Source of the DNA: Obrimoposthia wandeli | Lineage: Eukaryota | DNA: 64,000 nt | NCBI GenBank assembly: GCA_977020255.1 | Contig: CDROCS010000372.1 | Location: forward strand, 496,001 to 560,000 | Reading direction: 5' to 3' | Shown: positions 59,037 through 64,000 of the stretch, piece by piece | How positions within the stretch are numbered: position 1 is the stretch's first letter | Layout of the letters: the number at the start of each line of letters is the position of its first letter | Notes under the pieces: model-generated | What the model saw: the letters and a program-made list of their open reading frames with translations, nothing else | Databases searched by the model: none | What the model was told of the DNA's origin: nothing | Translations under genes and position numbers: made by a program

Positions 59037-59420
59037 TTATACTCTTCTTCTCTTTGGTGGACGACATCCATTATGAGGAATTGGTGTAACATCAATAATT
59101 TCTGTTACTTCAATACCTGAATTGTGAATAGATCTAATAGCAGATTCTCTACCATTACCTGGTCCTTTTACATAAACTTTTACTTTACGTAAACCTGCTT
59201 CCTTTGCAACGTTTGAACAATCTTCTGCTGCTAATTGAGCTGCATATGGAGTATTCTTTTTAGAACCTCTAAAACCCATTTTACCTGCAGATGACCATGA
59301 AATTACGTCACCTTTTTTATTTGTTAAAGAAATTATGATGTTGTTAAAAGATGCAGTTACATGCGCTTCTCCAACAGCTTCAATAATTACTTTACGTTTT
59401 TTCGAACTTGCTTTTGCCAT
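59037..59420 (-). CDS. rpsK: 30S ribosomal protein S11
   Basis: [29 protein letters not shown]. Confidence 0.98.
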   Translation of the reverse strand: MAKASSKKRKVIIEAVGEAHVTASFNNIIISLTNKKGDVISWSSAGKMGFRGSKKNTPYAAQLAAEDCSNVAKEAGLRKVKVYVKGPGNGRESAIRSIHNSGIEVTEIIDVTPIPHNGCRPPKRRRV

Positions 59421-59495
59421 AATTATTCAGTTTTAGTAATTTAGTTTTCTAATTTTATAGTGAAACTATTATTAGATCTTTATTACTTGTCTAAC

Positions 59496-59861
59496 TTATT
59501 TTTTCTTGTTAGCTACAGTTTTTCTCTTACCTTTTCTTGTACGAGAATTGTTCTTAGTTCTTTGTCCTCTTAAAGGAAGGCCAAGTCTATGACGAATTCC
59601 TCTTTGACAACCGATATCCATCAAACGTTTGATGTTTATCTGAACTTCTGAACGTAATTCTCCTTCAATTGTGAAAGATCCTACTTGTTCTCTAATTGCA
59701 GCGATTTGATCATCAGTCCAATCTTGAACCTTGATACTTTCGTCTACTTTTGCTTCAGCTAAAACCTGTTTAGATCTGCTGCTTCCTATACCAAAGATGT
59801 AAGTTAAAGCGATAACCCCTCTTTTATTCTTTGGAATATCAATACCTGCTATTCTTGCCAT
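59496..59861 (-). CDS. rpsM: 30S ribosomal protein S13
   Basis: [24 protein letters not shown]. Confidence 0.98.
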   Translation of the reverse strand: MARIAGIDIPKNKRGVIALTYIFGIGSSRSKQVLAEAKVDESIKVQDWTDDQIAAIREQVGSFTIEGELRSEVQINIKRLMDIGCQRGIRHRLGLPLRGQRTKNNSRTRKGKRKTVANKKK

Positions 59862-59977
59862 TACCCTTGTCTTTGTTTAAATCTAGGATTTTGTTTATTA
59901 ATTACATATAATCTACCTTTCCTGCGCACTATTTTGCAGTCGGCACTTCTTTTTTTAACTGATGCTCTAACTTTCAT
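59861..59977 (-). CDS. rpmJ: 50S ribosomal protein L36 (missing from the ORF track)
   Basis: Translates to [38 protein letters not shown]; TAA overlaps the rpsM ATG. Confidence 0.97.
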   Translation of the reverse strand: MKVRASVKKRSADCKIVRRKGRLYVINKQNPRFKQRQG

Positions 59978-60040
59978 CGTTTCTAATTTTATTTAAAAAT
60001 TAAAAGATTTAATCCTTTCAATCTTTCAATTATTAATTCT

Positions 60041-60256
60041 TTAATATCTGTAAGTAATTCTTGCCTTTGTTAAATCGTATGGACTCATTTCTAATTTCAC
60101 CTTATCACCAGGTAAAAGTTTGATATAATGCATACGCATTTTACCAGAAATGTGTGCCGTAACAATATGTCCGTTTTCTAATTCTACACGAAACATAGCA
60201 TTTGATAACGCTTCTGTAATTGTTCCGTCTTGTTGAATTGCTGATTGCTTAGCCAT
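60041..60256 (-). CDS. infA: Translation initiation factor IF-1
   Basis: [26 protein letters not shown]. Confidence 0.98.
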   Translation of the reverse strand: MAKQSAIQQDGTITEALSNAMFRVELENGHIVTAHISGKMRMHYIKLLPGDKVKLEMSPYDLTKARITYRY

Positions 60257-60257
60257 A

Positions 60258-61580
60258 TTATTCTTTATTCGATTTTCTATTGCTGTTTCCCGCTTTCATT
60301 AAACCATCATAATGATTGTTTAATAAGTATGAGTTAATTTGTTGCATTGTATCAATTGCTACACCAACCATAATGATTAAAGATGTACCACCGTAAAACA
60401 TTGCCCAACCTTGTTGTACTCCAAACTGGCTTACAATTGCTGGTAAAATTGATAATGCTGCTAAGAATAACGATCCAGGGAACGTAATTCTAGATAACAC
60501 ACTATCTAATCTGTCTGCAGTATCTTTACCAGGTCTAATTCCTGGAATAAAACCACCACTTCTCTTTAAATCCTCAGCCATTTTATTCGTAGGAATTGTA
60601 ATTGCTGTATAGAAATAACTAAAAATGATAATTAACAATGCAAAAATAACATTATACTGCCAACCATTAGGATCTGTCAAACCTACCAAGGCAGGAAATC
60701 TTTGACCTAAAGCTAATGGTAAGAACATTATTGCTTGTGCAAATATAATTGGCATAACACCTGCTGCATTTAATTTCAAAGGAATATAATCTCTTGAACC
60801 TGCAACGTTTTGTATATTTCCTGCAACTGTTCTTCTAGCATATTGAACTGCAATCTTACGAACAGCAGTTACCAATAAAACAGTTAATAAAATTACAACA
60901 AACCAGATAAATATTTCAACTAAAATCATCATTAAACCACCATTACCTGGTAAAAGTTTAGATGTAACTTCTTGCAGAAATGCTGCTGGAAAATTAGCAA
61001 TAATACCTACAGTAATTAATAATGAAATACCATTACCAACTCCTTTGTCTGTAATACGCTCTCCTAACCACATTGCAAAAATTGTTCCTGCAGTTAAAAT
61101 AATTATTGATGAAACCCAAAAAGCAGGACCACTTACTAAAAAAGCTTCTGGCCCAAGTCCAAACTGAGTTTTAATAGCTGTAATATACGTTGGTGCTTGT
61201 ACCAAAGTAATAACTATTGTTAACCATCTTGTAATTTGTGTAATTTTCTTTCTTCCACTTTCTCCATCTTTCTGTAGTTTTTGTAAATATGGAACCGCGA
61301 TTCCCATTAACTGAACAACAATAGATGCAGAAATATAGGGCATAATACCAAGTGCCATTACTGACGCTCTAGCAAATGCTCCTCCCGTAAATGCATTCAA
61401 TAATCCTAAAAGACCTCCAGAAGTACTCTCTTTTAAAGCTGATAACTGTAATGGATCTATTCCAGGTAATGGAACAGCAGCCATAAAACGGTAAACAGCA
61501 ATTAAACCGATAGTAAGAAGAATTTTGTTCTTTAATTCTTCAATTTTGAATATGTCTCTTAAAGTATTAATAAATTTCAT
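60258..61580 (-). CDS. secY: Preprotein translocase SecY
   Basis: [25 protein letters not shown] and FIPGIRPG motifs. Confidence 0.99.
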   Translation of the reverse strand: MKFINTLRDIFKIEELKNKILLTIGLIAVYRFMAAVPLPGIDPLQLSALKESTSGGLLGLLNAFTGGAFARASVMALGIMPYISASIVVQLMGIAVPYLQKLQKDGESGRKKITQITRWLTIVITLVQAPTYITAIKTQFGLGPEAFLVSGPAFWVSSIIILTAGTIFAMWLGERITDKGVGNGISLLITVGIIANFPAAFLQEVTSKLLPGNGGLMMILVEIFIWFVVILLTVLLVTAVRKIAVQYARRTVAGNIQNVAGSRDYIPLKLNAAGVMPIIFAQAIMFLPLALGQRFPALVGLTDPNGWQYNVIFALLIIIFSYFYTAITIPTNKMAEDLKRSGGFIPGIRPGKDTADRLDSVLSRITFPGSLFLAALSILPAIVSQFGVQQGWAMFYGGTSLIIMVGVAIDTMQQINSYLLNNHYDGLMKAGNSNRKSNKE

Positions 61581-61591
61581 ATTTACGTTTC

Positions 61592-62041
61592 TTATAAAGC
61601 AACAGCTTCACCTCCAGCTGCTTCAATAGCTGCTTTTGCTGATCCTGTAAATTTATGTACAGTTATGTTTAATTTAGCTTTTAACTCTCCGTTTCCTAAT
61701 ATCTTAACTAGGTCGTTTTTGCCTGCTAATCTATTAGCAACTAAAATATCTAAACTTACTGTATCTGTTATTTTTCCACTATCTACTAAAGATTGTAATT
61801 TATCTAAGTTGATTCCCTGATATTCCTTACGGTTTATATTAGTGAAACCAAATTTAGGTACACGTCTTTGAAGTGGCATTTGCCCTCCTTCAAAACCAAT
61901 CTTTTTAGAATAACCAGAACGAGATTTCTGCCCATTGTGACCTCTTGTAGCGGTACCACCTTTTCCAGAACCCTCACCTCTTGCAATTCTTTTTCCTTTT
62001 TTAATGGAACCTTCTGCTGGTGTTAAATTATGTAAACTCAT
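61592..62041 (-). CDS. rplO: 50S ribosomal protein L15
   Basis: GFEGGQMPLQRRVPKFGF. Confidence 0.98.
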   Translation of the reverse strand: MSLHNLTPAEGSIKKGKRIARGEGSGKGGTATRGHNGQKSRSGYSKKIGFEGGQMPLQRRVPKFGFTNINRKEYQGINLDKLQSLVDSGKITDTVSLDILVANRLAGKNDLVKILGNGELKAKLNITVHKFTGSAKAAIEAAGGEAVAL

Positions 62042-62054
62042 TTTTCTATATGTC

Positions 62055-62237
62055 TTATTTAATTTCTTCGAAAGAAACTAAGTGTTTAACTGTATTTACC
62101 ATACCAACTATAGATGGAGTTGCCTCGTGTTCTACAGTTTGGTTCATTTTACGTAAACCTAAAGCTTCTAAAGTTCTCTTTTGACTCTGAAGACGTCCGA
62201 TTTGACTTTTTACTTGTGTTACTTTTATTCTTGCCAT
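62055..62237 (-). CDS. rpmD: 50S ribosomal protein L30
   Basis: KSQIGR...TLEALGL, GMVNTVKHLV. Confidence 0.97.
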   Translation of the reverse strand: MARIKVTQVKSQIGRLQSQKRTLEALGLRKMNQTVEHEATPSIVGMVNTVKHLVSFEEIK

Positions 62238-62248
62238 CGTTCTTAGAT

Positions 62249-62770
62249 TTATCCGTTAAATACTTTTTCTAAAGATACACCTCTTTGCTTCGCAATTGCT
62301 GTAGCACTACGTAATTGTAATAAAGCATCAAATGTTGCTTTTACTGCATTGTGAGGATTAGAAGAACCTTGAGATTTTGATAACACATCATGTACACCTA
62401 CAGATTCTAATACAATACGTACTGCACCACCGGCAATAACTCCTGTACCAGCTGAAGCAGGTTTTATGAATATTTTTGCACCACCAAACTTACCTTTTTG
62501 TTCATGAGGTAATGTACCTTCTAAAATTGGTATTCTTACTAAATTTTTCTTAGCATCTTCAATTGCTTTTGCAATTGCTGAAGCTACATCTTTAGATTTA
62601 CCTAATCCATGTCCAACAACACCATTACCATCTCCTACAACTACAATTGCAGAGAAACCAAATGCTCTACCACCTTTTGTAACTTTGGTAACACGTTGTA
62701 CACCAACTAATTTATCTACAAGCTCTAACCCACTAGGTTTAACTCTTTCTACGTTTTTATAACCTTGCAT
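62249..62770 (-). CDS. rpsE: 30S ribosomal protein S5
   Basis: [21 protein letters not shown]. Confidence 0.98.
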   Translation of the reverse strand: MQGYKNVERVKPSGLELVDKLVGVQRVTKVTKGGRAFGFSAIVVVGDGNGVVGHGLGKSKDVASAIAKAIEDAKKNLVRIPILEGTLPHEQKGKFGGAKIFIKPASAGTGVIAGGAVRIVLESVGVHDVLSKSQGSSNPHNAVKATFDALLQLRSATAIAKQRGVSLEKVFNG

Positions 62771-62776
62771 AATTTC

Positions 62777-63127
62777 TTAAAATTTTAAACCAGCTTCTCT
62801 TGCAGCTTCTGCTAATACTTTAACTCTACCATGGTATAAATAACCATTTCTATCGAAAGCAATTGTTTCTAATCCTGCTTTAGTAGCTTTTTCTGCAATT
62901 GCTTTTCCAACTGCTGATGCTGCTTCTACTTTAGAACCTGCTTTTATTCCTTTATCTCTAGATGAAACTGAAGCTAATGTTACTCCGTTTACATCGTCAA
63001 CTAATTGAGCGTAAATTTCTTTGTTACTTCTATAAACCGATAATCTTGGTTTAGTAGCAGTACCAGAAATAATCTTTCTGATTCTACGCTTTATTCTAGC
63101 TCTTCTTTGTAGCTTTGATAATGCCAT
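62777..63127 (-). CDS. rplR: 50S ribosomal protein L18
   Basis: [22 protein letters not shown]. Confidence 0.98.
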   Translation of the reverse strand: MALSKLQRRARIKRRIRKIISGTATKPRLSVYRSNKEIYAQLVDDVNGVTLASVSSRDKGIKAGSKVEAASAVGKAIAEKATKAGLETIAFDRNGYLYHGRVKVLAEAAREAGLKF

Positions 63128-63139
63128 AATACCTATATA

Positions 63140-63685
63140 TTATGCAGATTTACCTGCTTTTCTTCTTAATATTTCACCAACAAACTTAACTCCTTTACCT
63201 TTATAAGGCTCTGGTGCTCTGAAAGAACGAATCTTTGCAGCTATTTGACCAACTAATTGTTTGTCAAACGAAGATAATTTAATGATCGGGTTTTTCCCTT
63301 TCTCAGATACTGTTTCGATTTTTACTTCTGGAGCTATTTCTAAAACAATATTATGAGAGAAACCTAAAGCTAAATCTAATTTTTGTCCTTGATTAGAGGC
63401 TCTATAACCTACACCAACCAATTCTAAATCTTTAGTCCAACCTTTACTTACACCTTCAATCATGTTATTGATTAAAGCTCTCATTAAACCATGTTGTGCT
63501 TTATGGTTTTTGCTTTCCGATGTTCTATCTAAAGTGATAATACCATCTTCAATTTTAATTGTAATACCATCAGAAATTTTTTGAGTTAACTCACCCAATT
63601 TTCCTTTAACTGTTACAACATTGTCTTTTATGTTTACATCTACACCTTGTGAAATGCTAACGGGATTTTTTCCTATTCTACTCAT
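63140..63685 (-). CDS. rplF: 50S ribosomal protein L6
   Basis: MSRIGK, PEPYKGKG. Confidence 0.98.
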   Translation of the reverse strand: MSRIGKNPVSISQGVDVNIKDNVVTVKGKLGELTQKISDGITIKIEDGIITLDRTSESKNHKAQHGLMRALINNMIEGVSKGWTKDLELVGVGYRASNQGQKLDLALGFSHNIVLEIAPEVKIETVSEKGKNPIIKLSSFDKQLVGQIAAKIRSFRAPEPYKGKGVKFVGEILRRKAGKSA

Positions 63686-63695
63686 TTCTTATAGA

Positions 63696-64000
63696 TTAAT
63701 AAACGTAACATAAAACTTCTCCTCCAACATTATCTAGACGTGCTTTTTTATTTGTCATTACACCTTTAGATGTAGAAACAATAGCAATTCCAAGACCGTT
63801 TAAAACTCTTGGCATCTCTGTAGACCCAACATACTTACGTAAACCTGGTGTGCTAATTCGTTGAATTTTTCTAATTACTGACTCTTTTGTTTCCTTGTCA
63901 TACTTTAAAGCTATCTTAATTGTCCCTTGAACTTTATTGTCATTGAACTGATAACTTAAAATAAAACCTTGATCAAACAAAATTTTAGTCATTTCCTTCT
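63696..64000 (-). CDS. rpsH: 30S ribosomal protein S8 (5' end outside the window)
   Basis: RISTPGLRKY, VSTSKGVMT, VGGEVLCYVY. Confidence 0.97.
   Translation of the reverse strand, partial: KEMTKILFDQGFILSYQFNDNKVQGTIKIALKYDKETKESVIRKIQRISTPGLRKYVGSTEMPRVLNGLGIAIVSTSKGVMTNKKARLDNVGGEVLCYVY

Noticed and set aside
59421-59495. Gap between rpsM and rpsK as a hidden gene
   Set aside because: Only 75 bp of low-complexity AT-rich sequence with no credible ORF

Overview
Chromosomal window of a very AT-rich Flavobacteriaceae genome (Polaribacter/Tenacibaculum-like; inferred from protein style and TAnnTTTG-type promoters). Housekeeping content: sdaA, dnaK, ndh, a HAD-serA fusion, gcvP, rpmE2, tRNA-Lys(UUU), mlaEF-like, pafA, gltA, eno, carA and the spc/alpha ribosomal operon from a partial rpsH to rplQ. 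Accessory blocks: (i) AraC/GyrI regulator, TonB-dependent receptor, alpha/beta hydrolase, DUF2141, DUF2306 and a secreted helical protein; three promoters here share LytTR-type 9-mer direct repeats (21-bp period) exactly 46 bp upstream of the -7 box, with no LytTR gene in the window. (ii) A eukaryote-like kynurenine catabolic cluster (kynU, kmo, RidA deaminase, aldehyde dehydrogenase, an SDR lacking YxxxK, nbaC, ACMSD). Every junction in it holds a palindromic repeat, and some repeats are translated into the proteins and enclose start codons. (iii) A lone Fic AMPylase-like gene with an apparently degenerate inhibitory motif and a possibly truncated C-terminal domain. (iv) A ~3.3 kb WYL regulator / DUF1579-like / DinB islet with a candidate TGACA-N6-TGTCA operator. 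(v) A T9SS leucine-rich-repeat protein with recent internal duplications. Several REP/MITE-like families occur, some nested in others. No transposase, integrase, CRISPR array or rRNA was seen. Family assignments come from motif recognition, not database searches.
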